Below are positions 8,850-18,253 of a DNA stretch of 64,000 nt, one piece after another (the stretch's first letter is position 1; each line of letters starts with the position of its first letter). The stretch covers positions 16,864 to 80,863 of the forward strand of contig CAWHMQ010000002.1 of the NCBI GenBank assembly GCA_963830595.1, read 5' to 3'. The position numbers were made by a program, and so were the translations under genes. Under the pieces are notes generated by a model, which did no database searches, had not been told where the DNA came from, and saw only the letters and a program-made list of their open reading frames with translations. The stretch comes from an uncultured Solirubrobacteraceae bacterium (GTDB taxonomy: Bacteria > Actinomycetota > Thermoleophilia > Solirubrobacterales > Solirubrobacteraceae).

Positions 8850-8950
8850 AGCTCTGGCGAGCATACCTGCGCCGGTTGGCGGCCGGGACGACGCGCCCGG
8901 GAGCACGCGGCGCCTGCGGCCCGGGATTCAGGGCGCGGGCCGCCCGGGAC

Positions 8951-9229
8951 TCAGGTCAGATTCCAGCGCTCCACGCGCCAGTCGACGATCAGCTCCGCGA
9001 GCATGTAGGGGTCGGCGGCCGCGAACTCCTCGATCTGCCCGCGCTCCACCCCTTTGAACACGACCGCCCCGCCCGTGGGCGGATCAAAGCCGCCGGAGAG
9101 CACGATCCGTCCCGCCTCACGCTCGGCGGCGATCCGCTCCAAGTGGGCCTCGCGAAAGGGGCCGCGGCGGTCGGCCATGTCCGGCACGTAGGTGTAGATG
9201 AGCAGGTGGTGCGTGTCGGGATCGGCCAT
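8951..9229 (-). CDS. YciI-like protein
   Basis: 92 aa starting at MADPDTHHLLIYTYVPDMADRRGPFREAHLERI, the YciI/DGPF fold signature. The long 5' extension of the raw ORF (to 9601) is low-complexity Arg/Pro/His. Confidence 0.75.
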   Translation of the reverse strand: MADPDTHHLLIYTYVPDMADRRGPFREAHLERIAAEREAGRIVLSGGFDPPTGGAVVFKGVERGQIEEFAAADPYMLAELIVDWRVERWNLT

Positions 9230-9292
9230 CGTGGGCCCATACCTTAGTAAGGCGCCGCGCCAGCAGGCCGGGTGGCTGTAGGCTTGCTGGTC

Positions 9293-9511
9293 ATGAGCAA
9301 CCTGAACCGGCGTGGCAGCTACACCCCGAGGCGAGCCCGGGAGGCGCGCGCCTACCGCCTCGTGGTGGTCGGCGGCACCGCCGGGGCGATCGGCGTGGTC
9401 AGCCTGGTGCTGGCGGTGGTCGGCGTGGTGGGCTGGGGGCTGCCGATCATCGCGTTGATCGTGGCCGCGGTGTGCGCGTACGGCTTCATGCGCGCCACCG
9501 GGCAGCGGTAG
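9293..9511 (+). CDS. Small hypothetical membrane protein (2 predicted TM)
   Basis: ATG-initiated MSNLNRRGSYTPRRAREARAYRLVVVGGTAGAIGVVSLVLAVVGVVGWGLPIIALIVAAVCAYGF. It has a basic N-terminus followed by a hydrophobic hairpin. I recognise no homology. Confidence 0.45.
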   Translation: MSNLNRRGSYTPRRAREARAYRLVVVGGTAGAIGVVSLVLAVVGVVGWGLPIIALIVAAVCAYGFMRATGQR

Positions 9512-9802
9512 CCGGCGGCCGGCCGGCGGTCGGGTGGGCATCGCGGCAGCCCCGGGGCGGCAGCCCAGGGCCCAGATCGCCCGCACAGGCAGGCGCGGCA
9601 AAACCGACCGCGTTTCGGGGTTTGGATGTTCGGGCCCCTATACGGGACCTTAGGCCCAAACCCCCTCGGATTCGACGGGAACGGACCGCCGGACCGCCGG
9701 GACGCCGCGACCGGGCCAGGCGCAGACCGACCAGGCCAAGCGCAGACCGATCCAGGCCAAGCGCGGACCATCCACGCCGCCCAGATCACCCAGGGGCGCT
9801 CG

Positions 9803-11161
9803 TCAGCGCGCGGCGAACCGGACCAGCGTCAACCTGGCCAAGCCCCCGAACACCACCGCCAGCACCGCCAGGTGCACGAGCGGCAGCCCGGCCCCCGGTG
9901 ACGTGCCGGTGAACGCGTTCGAGACCGCCTCCAGGGCCGCCTTGAACGGAAACACGAACGCGATCACGTCAAGCGCGGTCTTGACCGCGCCGGAGACCGC
10001 GCTGGCGGGCACCAGCGCCACGAATGCGACCGGCAAAGACACCAGGAAGGCCAGCAGCGAGGCGGCGCTCACCTCACGAGCCAGACCTCCGATCGCCACG
10101 CCGAGCGCGCCGAAGGCCAGGCCCCCGAGAGCCAGTGCCGCCACCCAGAGCTCGAAGCGCGACCAGTCCAGGTGCACGAACAGGGACACGAAGGCGGCCA
10201 TGATCAGCGTGACCGCGGCGGCGCAGCCGCCGGCGAGCGCGATCTTCTCGGCCAGCAGCCGTCCCGGCGTGAGCAGTCCGCGCACCAGCCGCGCGTACGC
10301 GTTCTCCGAGCGCTCCAGGGCGAGCATCCCGGCGGCCAGCAGCACCGCCACGAACATCAGCGAAACGATCACCGCGATCGCCACCGCGTAGGCGTTGGAG
10401 GGGGTGGTGCGCCCGGCGAGCTGGGTCTCCTGGACGGTCAGGGGCGTGCCGATCGATCCCAGGACGGGGCTGGCGAAACTTAGGCCGGCGATCGCCAGGC
10501 TGGCAAAGCCGTTGACCTCGGCGAGGGGCACCCGCAGCGGGGAGCCACGCGGCAGCGAAGCGATCGTCCCCTGGATGATCGTGCGCGAGTTGCGCAGGCC
10601 GAGCAGGCGCACGGTCTGGCCGAGGATCTGGACCGCGCCGCCGTTGAGCACCTCCTGGAGGTCGGCGACGGCCACGTGCAGCACCTGCTTGGAGACGTCC
10701 TGCTCGACCTGGCTGAGGCGCGAGGAGATCGCCTGGTCGACGAACTGCTTCTCGATCGGGTCCTTCGTGTTGAGGTAGATCCTCACCGTCGGGTTGCCGA
10801 CCCCCTGGGTCACGAGGCTCTGGATCTCGTGGGGGAGGCTCGCGGGGATCACGACGGCGGCCAGCGCGGTGCCGTCCCGCACCTTGGCGATCGCCTCGGA
10901 CTCCGAGTTGACCTTGATCGGGCTGACCGAGCTCAGCAGGTCCGATGCGTAGCCGGCGACGTCGATCTGCTGGCTGCCGAGGTGGATCTTGCCCTGACCG
11001 GGTGCCACCTCGTCATAGAAGGCGACCTTGGGCTTGCCGGGCGGGCTCGAGAGGGCGAAACCGATCATCAGCGCGATCGCGATCGGATAGACGATCAACA
11101 GGCCGACCAGCAGCGGCGAGCGCTTGAGGATCTGCAGATCCTTGACCAGCAGCCAGCGCAT
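9803..11161 (-). CDS. ABC-2 type transporter permease with large extracytoplasmic loop
   Basis: 452 aa. It has an N-terminal TM (MRWLLVKDLQILKRSPLLVGLLIVYPIAIAL), a soluble loop of about 200 aa, and then 5 C-terminal TM helices. It lies 30 nt downstream of an ABC ATPase. Confidence 0.85.
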   Translation of the reverse strand: MRWLLVKDLQILKRSPLLVGLLIVYPIAIALMIGFALSSPPGKPKVAFYDEVAPGQGKIHLGSQQIDVAGYASDLLSSVSPIKVNSESEAIAKVRDGTALAAVVIPASLPHEIQSLVTQGVGNPTVRIYLNTKDPIEKQFVDQAISSRLSQVEQDVSKQVLHVAVADLQEVLNGGAVQILGQTVRLLGLRNSRTIIQGTIASLPRGSPLRVPLAEVNGFASLAIAGLSFASPVLGSIGTPLTVQETQLAGRTTPSNAYAVAIAVIVSLMFVAVLLAAGMLALERSENAYARLVRGLLTPGRLLAEKIALAGGCAAAVTLIMAAFVSLFVHLDWSRFELWVAALALGGLAFGALGVAIGGLAREVSAASLLAFLVSLPVAFVALVPASAVSGAVKTALDVIAFVFPFKAALEAVSNAFTGTSPGAGLPLVHLAVLAVVFGGLARLTLVRFAAR

Positions 11162-11191
11162 CGGCCTCTAGGGCGCCCGACGAGGCACTGG

Positions 11192-11929
11192 CTAATGACC
11201 CCGTTGATGCAGGAACCCGAGCAGCGCGGCCTCGAAGTCCCGGGGGTCGCCCCCGACCGCCTGCTCGAGCTCGCGGGGGGTGCCGGTGAACAGCAGCTCA
11301 CCGTCGGCGAGCAGCAGCACCCGGCTGGCGTATCGCTCGACCTCGGCCACGTTGTGGGTCGAGAACACGACCGTGGTGCCCCCCTCGGCCAGGGCGGAGA
11401 TGAACTCCCACAGCCGCTCGCGCTGGCGCGGGTCCAGCGAGGCCGAGGGCTCGTCGAGCAGCAGCACCGAGGGCTCGGAGAGCAGCCCGATGGCGATGTT
11501 GACGCGCTGCTGGTTGCCCCCGGACAGCCGGCCAACCTCCTCGTCGGCGCGATCGGCCAGAGCCGTCTGGGCCAACATCCGCGCCACCGCCGCATCGGGG
11601 TCCGCCACCCTCTCCAGGCGGGCGAACAGGCGCAGGTTCTCGGCCACCGAGAGCTTCGAGTAGAGCGCCGGCTGCTGAGGCACCCAGCCCACGTCGCCGC
11701 CGCTCTGGGTCAGCTGCCCCCCGTCGGATGCCAGCACGCCGGCCAGGATCGACAGCAGCGTCGTCTTGCCCGCCCCGTTGGGGCCGATGACGCCGGCCGC
11801 CTCGCCGCCGCGCAGCTCGAAGCTGATGTCTCGCAGCGCCACCCGCGTCCCGAATCGACGGCTCAGCGAACGGGCCGCCAGCGTGGTCGCCGGCGCGGCA
11901 TGGGTCATCTCTCCCGCGGCGCTCGGCAC
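11192..11929 (-). CDS. ABC transporter ATP-binding protein
   Basis: Walker A GPNGAGKTTLL, signature LSGGNQQR, Walker B VLLLDEPSASLD. The track start is GTG at 11929; an ATG at 11908 is an alternative. Confidence 0.9.
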   Translation of the reverse strand: MPSAAGEMTHAAPATTLAARSLSRRFGTRVALRDISFELRGGEAAGVIGPNGAGKTTLLSILAGVLASDGGQLTQSGGDVGWVPQQPALYSKLSVAENLRLFARLERVADPDAAVARMLAQTALADRADEEVGRLSGGNQQRVNIAIGLLSEPSVLLLDEPSASLDPRQRERLWEFISALAEGGTTVVFSTHNVAEVERYASRVLLLADGELLFTGTPRELEQAVGGDPRDFEAALLGFLHQRGH

Positions 11930-11996
11930 GCGGTCAGGCTAGATGATCGACTGGCCGCCCCGCCTCACGGGGCTGGGAACCACGGCTGCGGACACC

Positions 11997-13397
11997 TCAC
12001 CGGGGGCTGGGGACCCGCGGCTGCAGCGAGGCCCCGCAGGCGCTGCAGTACGCGTCGTCCTCGGGGGCCGGCTCGCCGCAATCCGGACATCGCCGCGAGC
12101 CGACGGCCATCAGCCCGGCGCCGGGGCCCGGGCCGACGGTCCAGGGCTCGAGCACGAGGTGACGGCGCAGATACAGCACGGTCTGGCGAATCACGGCGAT
12201 CACCGGCAGGGCCACCAGCGCACCCGCGATCCCGTACAGCTGGTAGCCGATCAGCAACGCCAGGATGATCAGGATCGGATTGATCCGCAGCGAGATCCTG
12301 AACACCTGGGGCGCCACCACATGGCCCTCCAGCTGCTGCAGGGCGATGAACATGAGGACCAGCCAGACGGCGCTGATCGGGTTCTGAAACAGGGCCAGCG
12401 CCACCGCGGGCGCGGGCCCGATGATCGGCCCGATATAGGGGATGAACTCCATCAGGCCGTAGAACGCTCCGAAGAACACCGCGTAGCGCTCGCCGTCCGG
12501 AAAGATGCCCACCACCCCGAACAGCGTCAGGGCGAGCGCGGCACTGGCCCCCATCACCAGGCTGAACAGCAGCTGCCCGCGCACGTAGCCCGAGACGGCC
12601 TGCTGGACCAGCAGCGGGTAGTCGTCGTCGGGAGTACCGTCGCCGGCGGGCATGATCCGCCGCACCAGGCCCCCGATCTGGCGCCCGTAGATCAGCAGGT
12701 AGACCGACAGAACCAGGATCAGCACCAGGTCGAAGCCGGTCGTCACCACGCTCGAGAGCAGGTCCCGAGAGAAGGAGACGATGTCGCCCGAGCGCTTGAG
12801 CACGTCCTTTTGCAGCGTGTCCAGCGCGGTCTGGCCCTGCTTGACGATGTGCACGTTGATGCCGTGCCGGTTCAGGAAGCTCTGGAGGTTGGCCAGGTCG
12901 TGGTTGGCGCTGCGCGTGATCTGCGGCAGGTTGTGCTCAAAGCGCGTGATCTGGGTGGTGACCGGGCTGGCCAGCAGCACCCCGACGCCGGCGACGACCG
13001 CGAAGCACGCGATGTAGATGAGCAGGATCGCCACCCCGCGCGGGATGCGGCGCTCCAGCCAGCGCACCGCCGGTGCCAGGATCAGCGCCACCAGGGCGGC
13101 CACGATCAGGACCAGCAGCACCGTCCCGGCCGCCCGGGCCAGAGCCCACAACCCGAGCAACGAGATCGGCAGCAGGACGAGCTGCACCCATCGAGGAACG
13201 ATCACGGGAGCAGGGGGTGGGGCGACTGGCGTCAGCTCGGGCGCGGACGGCTCATGGGCCGCGTCCCGGCCTTGCTCCGCATCCGGCTCGGGCGCCGGCG
13301 GCCCCCCGGACTGAACCGCCTCGGGCGTCGGCTCGCCCTCGGGTGGGGAATCGGCCCCGTCCGCCCGGTGATTGCGCGTTGGAACCCTGGGACGCAT
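11997..13397 (-). CDS. AI-2E family transporter (PerM/YhhT-like) with C-terminal zinc-ribbon tail
   Basis: Raw ORF trimmed to Met193 (MRPRVPTRNH...). Multiple TM helices carry the AI-2E-typical segments FIPYIGPIIGPAP and LVALPVIAVIR. The tail is CPDCGEPAPEDDAYCSACG. The start is uncertain because the N-terminal ~90 aa are Pro/Glu/Ala low complexity. Confidence 0.82.
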   Translation of the reverse strand: MRPRVPTRNHRADGADSPPEGEPTPEAVQSGGPPAPEPDAEQGRDAAHEPSAPELTPVAPPPAPVIVPRWVQLVLLPISLLGLWALARAAGTVLLVLIVAALVALILAPAVRWLERRIPRGVAILLIYIACFAVVAGVGVLLASPVTTQITRFEHNLPQITRSANHDLANLQSFLNRHGINVHIVKQGQTALDTLQKDVLKRSGDIVSFSRDLLSSVVTTGFDLVLILVLSVYLLIYGRQIGGLVRRIMPAGDGTPDDDYPLLVQQAVSGYVRGQLLFSLVMGASAALALTLFGVVGIFPDGERYAVFFGAFYGLMEFIPYIGPIIGPAPAVALALFQNPISAVWLVLMFIALQQLEGHVVAPQVFRISLRINPILIILALLIGYQLYGIAGALVALPVIAVIRQTVLYLRRHLVLEPWTVGPGPGAGLMAVGSRRCPDCGEPAPEDDAYCSACGASLQPRVPSPR

Positions 13398-13409
13398 GCA
13401 CCTGAAAGT

Positions 13410-14234
13410 ATGAGGGTGGTGGGATCCGATACGGACAAGTCGGCCAAGATCATGTTCATCGGCGACGTCGTCGGCGGACTGGGCAGGCGCACCCTGCTCG
13501 GTCTGCTGCCGACGCTGCGGGCTCGCCACGCGCCTGACTTCCTGGTCGTCAACGGCGAGAACATCGCCGGGGGCCTGGGAATCACCCCCAAGCTCGCCGA
13601 TCAGCTGTTCGAAGCCGGCGCGGACGTGATCACGCTGGGCAACCACACCTACCGTCAGCGAGAGATCTACGCCTACCTGGACGAGCGCCGGGAGATCCTG
13701 CGCCCGGCCAACTTCCTGCGCAGCCAACCCGGCCACGGTTGGTGCGTGGTCGCCCGCCCGGGAGTGCGCCTGGGGGTGATCTCGCTGTCGGGCAACCTGT
13801 TCATGGACGCCGGACGGCCGGTGTTCGCCGAGGCCGACGCCGCCCTGCACGCGCTCAAAGACACGGCCGACCACGTGCTCGTCGACATGCACGCAGAAGC
13901 CACCAGCGAGAAGGTCGGGATGGGCTGGTACCTGGACGGGCGTGTCACCGCCGTGGTGGGCACCCACACCCACATCCCCACCGCGGACGCCCGAGTCCTG
14001 CCCGGAGGCACCGCCTACATCACCGACGTGGGCATGACCGGCCCCCGAGGCGGCGTGATCGGCGTCAAGCGCGAACAGGCGATCGAGGCGATGGCCACCA
14101 AGATGCCGGTGCGGTTCGAGACCTCCACCGAGGATCCATGGCTCAACGGCGTGCTGATCACCGCCGCGGAGCAGCCGCTGCGGGCGGTCGCGATCGAGCC
14201 GCTGCTCCTGCCGGCCGCCCCCCGGCCGGGCTAG
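13410..14234 (+). CDS. ymdB: YmdB-like metallophosphoesterase (TIGR00282 family, 2',3'-cyclic-nucleotide phosphodiesterase-like)
   Basis: Lies inside raw ORF 11943..14234. IMFIGDVVGGLGRR, VVNGENIAGGLGIT and ITLGNHTY are the metallophosphoesterase motifs as in B. subtilis YmdB. The start is either the ATG at ~13410 or the ATG at ~13452 (MFIGD). Confidence 0.85.
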   Translation: MRVVGSDTDKSAKIMFIGDVVGGLGRRTLLGLLPTLRARHAPDFLVVNGENIAGGLGITPKLADQLFEAGADVITLGNHTYRQREIYAYLDERREILRPANFLRSQPGHGWCVVARPGVRLGVISLSGNLFMDAGRPVFAEADAALHALKDTADHVLVDMHAEATSEKVGMGWYLDGRVTAVVGTHTHIPTADARVLPGGTAYITDVGMTGPRGGVIGVKREQAIEAMATKMPVRFETSTEDPWLNGVLITAAEQPLRAVAIEPLLLPAAPRPG

Positions 14235-14250
14235 CGGCCTCGCAACCCTG

Positions 14251-16143
14251 TCATCCGGCGGCGATCCGGATCGGGATCGGCTCGGGCTCGTGGGGCTCGA
14301 GGCTCGTCCAGCCGCGCCGCGGGGGCTCCCGGCGCTCGGGGTGAGCGGCCAGCAGGGCGACGATCACCAGCGGGAAGAACCACACGATGTAGGGATACAG
14401 CCAGTAGTTGACAGTCAGCTGCAGCGCGATCAGCACGGCGGCCCCGAGCGCCCCCACCTGCACCAGGCTACGCCGGCGCGGCAGGAAGGCCACGGCGATC
14501 GCGAGCGCGATCACCGCTCCCTGGAGCGCGTGCTGGACGAGCCCCAGGCCGCCCCACAACCCCCAGACCGAGAACGGGGTGACGCGGCTTGACTGATAGG
14601 CGACCGAGTCGTGCCAGAAGGCGCTGAGGTCGCCCCCGGAGAGCACCGGCGCCATGGCCACGACGACGGTCACGGCGAAGGCCAGCCCGAACGCGAGCAC
14701 GGCTCGCCGGCGGGGAGGATCGCCGGCCCCGCGGGCCAGCAGGGGCGCCAGCGCAAACGGGGCGAACTTGGTCAGGCCCGCGAGCGCGCCGAGCACCCCG
14801 CGGCCGGGCGCCGAGGTGATCGCCAGCAGCGTGAGCACCAGCAGCGCCGCCACCAGGCTGTCGTTGGTGTTGGAGTTCATCGCGTAGAGCGTGAACGGGT
14901 AGGCGGTCCAGGAGTAGGCCAGCAGGGTCCCCAGCGCGTTGTCGCGCAGGCGCCGGCCGAGCAGGAACAGCCCGCCCGCCGTCATCAGGTCAAAGCAGAT
15001 CGAGGCGGCGTGCGCGGCCGGCAGCGAGTCCCAGGTGCCGCTCCAGCCGAAGATCAGCCGGAAGGGCACATAGACGTAGTAGCTGACCGGCCCGTAGGTG
15101 TCGCCGTACATGTTGTCGCGCGGCCAGGCCCCGTACAGCGCGTGCCCGTGGATCAGCTTGTCGGCCCCGATGACCCCGGCGTAGCCGACGTCGATCACGT
15201 TCGAGTTGAGCACGTTGAGGCCGATTCGAAACGCCATCAGGAAGACGATCCCGATCGCCAGCCACGAGACCGAGATGCGCATCCGCAGCGGTTCGCGTGG
15301 GACCCCCTTGCCGAAGGCGAGCAGCAGCATGCGCGCCAGCAGGTAGATCAGGAACGGATACACGAGCGGCACCGAGAGGCCGATCTCGGCGTGGTTGAAG
15401 AAGGCCAGCGAGATCGAGAACCCGAGCAGCATCAGCAGGTCCAGGTGCAGCAGCGTGGGGCGTCTGCAGCCGGACGACTTGCCCTCCGCGCGATCAGGCG
15501 AGGCCGGATGCCGAGCGCGCGGCCAGGGCAAGGGGACGAACGGCGCCAGGAACAGCAGGCAGAGCGCCAGCCACAGGTACCAGGCGTTGACCTGGCGCCC
15601 GAAGGCGCCCGGATACCCTCGAGCCATCGACCACGCCACCTGAAAGCCGGTCCAGACCTGGGTGACCCGGGCGGTGGCGTCGTCGACGTAGACCTGCAGC
15701 AGCTCCTTCTGGGGGCGGGTGGCCGAGAACCAGCTCACCTGCCAGGTGGGCGCCCCCTTGGTGTACTCGTAGGGCTGCGCCCGGGGATGGCGGCGCAGCT
15801 CGGCGTGGACCCGCCGGTCGCGTGAGGCGATCGCCAGCACCTGGGCCGCGGTCAGCCGGTAGCCGGCGGGCGGGCGGTTGACGGAGGTGACCAGCACCGG
15901 GGTGCCGGAAACGGTGGGCGCCGCCGTGGTGGTGGCTGCCGTGGTGGCGGCGGCCCTGGCTATGGGACCTCTGGCTGTGGGGGCCCTGGCTGTGGGGGCC
16001 CTGGCTGTGGGGTTCCTGGCTGTGGGGGTCGAGGCCGCCCGGGCGGGGCCGGCGAGGGCCAACCCGGCGCCGGCCAGGACCAGCGCAGCCAGCAGGGCGC
16101 CTAGAAAGCCACGCCCGGCCGCGATGCGCAGATCAAACAGCAA
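14251..16143 (-). CDS. GT-C fold membrane glycosyltransferase (DUF2029/GT87-like) with N-terminal signal, pentapeptide repeat and PepSY-like module
   Basis: Raw ORF trimmed to an in-frame TTG (codon 137) just after the GtrA stop. It has a signal-like segment LRIAAGRGFLGALLAALVLAGAGLALAGPARA and a (PTARx)5 repeat. The polytopic domain contains VIDVGYAGVIGADKLIHGHALYG....YGDTYGPVSYYVYVPF. The start codon choice is tentative. Confidence 0.7.
   Translation of the reverse strand: MLFDLRIAAGRGFLGALLAALVLAGAGLALAGPARAASTPTARNPTARAPTARAPTARGPIARAAATTAATTTAAPTVSGTPVLVTSVNRPPAGYRLTAAQVLAIASRDRRVHAELRRHPRAQPYEYTKGAPTWQVSWFSATRPQKELLQVYVDDATARVTQVWTGFQVAWSMARGYPGAFGRQVNAWYLWLALCLLFLAPFVPLPWPRARHPASPDRAEGKSSGCRRPTLLHLDLLMLLGFSISLAFFNHAEIGLSVPLVYPFLIYLLARMLLLAFGKGVPREPLRMRISVSWLAIGIVFLMAFRIGLNVLNSNVIDVGYAGVIGADKLIHGHALYGAWPRDNMYGDTYGPVSYYVYVPFRLIFGWSGTWDSLPAAHAASICFDLMTAGGLFLLGRRLRDNALGTLLAYSWTAYPFTLYAMNSNTNDSLVAALLVLTLLAITSAPGRGVLGALAGLTKFAPFALAPLLARGAGDPPRRRAVLAFGLAFAVTVVVAMAPVLSGGDLSAFWHDSVAYQSSRVTPFSVWGLWGGLGLVQHALQGAVIALAIAVAFLPRRRSLVQVGALGAAVLIALQLTVNYWLYPYIVWFFPLVIVALLAAHPERREPPRRGWTSLEPHEPEPIPIRIAAG
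15954..16028. repeat. 5 x 15-bp tandem repeat (CCCTGGCTGTGGGGG-like) encoding (PTARx)5
   Basis: Read directly from the sequence. It lies in the secreted N-terminal linker of the GT-C glycosyltransferase. Confidence 0.85.
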
Positions 16144-16199
16144 GCTGCAAACCCGAGGGCCGGCTTGGTGGCCACCGCCGTAGGTACGGTGGAGACCAC

Positions 16200-16691
16200 C
16201 TAGTCGCGGAAGCTCCAGAGCTTCTGGCCCAGGAAGTTGATCGGCGTGGCCAGCGCGTTGGCGATCGCCTGGGCGAGCACCTTCTCCATGCCGGTGGCCT
16301 TGACGAGCGAGACCAGCACCCCGTAGTTGAAGCCGAACGCCACCAGCGACACGGCGAAGAACTTCCACGCCTGCTGGGCCGGATGGGCTTCGCGCTTGTG
16401 GCCGAACGTCCAGTGGCGGTTCCAATAGAAGTTGTTGGCGGTGGCGACCAGATAGGCGATCGGCGAGGCCACGCGGTAGTCGATCTTGAGCACGTGCACG
16501 CACAGCGCGAACACCGCCAGGTTGACGATGTAGCCCGTGGCGCCGACGCACCCGAAGCGGATCAGCTGAAGCCAGTTCTGGCCCTTGCGCACCCCGAGCC
16601 GCACGCGATGGTGAAACGGGAGCTCGACGACGGCGGTGGTCATCTCTGCATCGCTCATCTCGGTCAATGTATCGGCGGATTGTTGAGGCAC
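16200..16691 (-). CDS. GtrA family membrane protein
   Basis: 163 aa with 4 TM helices. RFGCVGATGYIVNLAVF and ANNFYWNRHWTF are GtrA-family hallmarks. Confidence 0.85.
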   Translation of the reverse strand: MPQQSADTLTEMSDAEMTTAVVELPFHHRVRLGVRKGQNWLQLIRFGCVGATGYIVNLAVFALCVHVLKIDYRVASPIAYLVATANNFYWNRHWTFGHKREAHPAQQAWKFFAVSLVAFGFNYGVLVSLVKATGMEKVLAQAIANALATPINFLGQKLWSFRD

Positions 16692-16719
16692 GCTGAGATG
16701 CGGACGGATTAACGGGCCG

Positions 16720-18201
16720 CTAATCGCTCGTCTCAGTCGGGGCTATCCCGAAATGGTCGCGGATAAGCGGGGTGATGTCACGCAGGGACCATTGGGCGCG
16801 AGCCGTTCGCGAGTCGGGCCCGGTACCGCACCATAGAAGCGCCCCCAGCGAATCGGAGCGATGCAAGGAACCGTGCGAGCCGCCGCCCACGTGATCGGAT
16901 CCACCCCAGTCGACGAATTCGTAGCCCGGGGCCGCCGACAGCAGGATCTCCCCTGAGTTGGGGCAGTGCAACGCCGACCAGACGCGGCTCAGGGCGTCCG
17001 GATACTCGGTGCAGAGCAGCCGTCCGTCCTGGATCTCGGCCCGGAGCACGCCCAGCTCCCCCTCCACGCTCCAGCGCTCGCCGCGAGTGTCGAGCAGCTC
17101 GCCGCCGGCCGTGAACCGCAGCTCGCCGCGGCGGCCGCGCACCACCGCCTCCTCGCCTGACCGCCAGATCGCCAGATCGACGCCCTCCACGTCGGCCACG
17201 ATCTCCAGGCAGCGGTCGACCGTCTCCTGCACTCGGTCCTCGTCGAGCGCGTAGATCATCGCCGAGCGCTGGGCCGGGCTGATGGCGATCTCCCCGCCGC
17301 CCGGCCGGCCCGCGCTCGGTCTCGCCACCTGAAAGTCGGCGAACGCCTCGTCGAGCCGGATCCGCTCCTCGACCGCGGCTTGCGAGTGATCGGAGCAGAC
17401 GACCACGGCGTACTGCTCCAGGAACTCGTCGACTCCCCCCGCGGCGTGCATCAGCCGCTCCAGCTGGCGATCCGCGGCCGCCAGCGAGGTCACCTGGGCG
17501 TGGGGCCCGTTCCGGTGCGAGTACGCGTCGTTGTCGGGCAGCGAGAACAGCATGAAGTCGAACAGGTCGTGTGCGATCAGGTAGGCGCCGACGCAGCCGG
17601 TGTGCTGATCACGGGCTCCGGGCAGCCCCAGCTGGCCCCGGCAGCCGGTCCGGCGCGAGGCGTAGAGATCGGCGTAGAAGAGCTCCTTGGGCCCCTCGAT
17701 CGTGCGCCGGAACAGGGTCGAGGTCACGATCCGGGCCAGCGCGGACTCGTTGGATACCTCGTGCTCGTGGCGCCCTCGGTAGATCAGATACGTGGTCCCG
17801 GCGGTTCGCAGGTCGGCGTCGTCGAGCGACTCGAACACGGTCTCGACGTCGTGCGACAGATGCTCGGAGTTCATCCGGTAGACGGTGTCGGTCAGCGAGC
17901 GCAGAACCCCGAACTGGCGCGAGGCCGAGAAGCTCGAGCCGTACTCGATATAGCGGCCCTCCTCACGGTGATACCAGTTCATGCTCGGGATCAGGTGCTG
18001 GTCGGGGCCGACGCCGGTGGTGATCGTGGCTGCGCACACCGGGGTCACCGAGGGAAACTGGGCGACGCAGTCGTCGACATAGACCCCGTGCTCGCGGATC
18101 AGAGCCATCGCCGGGGCGCGGCCGGAGGCGATCGCGCGCTCCAGCATCGAGGGTCTCATCGCGTCGACCACGGCGAGCACCAGCTTCTTGGGCTCGCTCA
18201 T
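16720..18201 (-). CDS. Alkaline-phosphatase superfamily protein (type I phosphodiesterase/nucleotide pyrophosphatase-like)
   Basis: Trimmed to MSEPKKLVLAVVDAMRPSML (metal-binding Asp). Also FPSVTPVCAATITTGVGPDQH (nucleophile Thr region) and the C-terminal GGSHGSLH. Confidence 0.78.
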   Translation of the reverse strand: MSEPKKLVLAVVDAMRPSMLERAIASGRAPAMALIREHGVYVDDCVAQFPSVTPVCAATITTGVGPDQHLIPSMNWYHREEGRYIEYGSSFSASRQFGVLRSLTDTVYRMNSEHLSHDVETVFESLDDADLRTAGTTYLIYRGRHEHEVSNESALARIVTSTLFRRTIEGPKELFYADLYASRRTGCRGQLGLPGARDQHTGCVGAYLIAHDLFDFMLFSLPDNDAYSHRNGPHAQVTSLAAADRQLERLMHAAGGVDEFLEQYAVVVCSDHSQAAVEERIRLDEAFADFQVARPSAGRPGGGEIAISPAQRSAMIYALDEDRVQETVDRCLEIVADVEGVDLAIWRSGEEAVVRGRRGELRFTAGGELLDTRGERWSVEGELGVLRAEIQDGRLLCTEYPDALSRVWSALHCPNSGEILLSAAPGYEFVDWGGSDHVGGGSHGSLHRSDSLGALLWCGTGPDSRTARAQWSLRDITPLIRDHFGIAPTETSD

Positions 18202-18253
18202 GCCGAGGGGTGCTCCACGCAAGCCGGCTCAGGCGCACCTGGTGGCCGTCCCA

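Noticed and set aside
9668-9680. GGATTCGACGGGA, which resembles the conserved 5' region of tmRNA (ssrA).
   Set aside because: No GGGG acceptor start lies in the right position. No tag-reading-frame/resume-codon structure or tRNA-like 3' end is present. A ~360-nt tmRNA would run into the well-supported 3' end of the ABC-2 permease gene (stop at 9803). Treated as a chance match.
15954-16028. Short tandem repeats here and at 22381-22452, 43001-43072 and 62644-62697, considered as a possible CRISPR array or minisatellite regulatory element.
   Set aside because: The units are contiguous with no spacers, are 15-36 bp long, keep the reading frame, and lie inside coding linkers. No cas genes are present. 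They are coding tandem repeats, not CRISPR.
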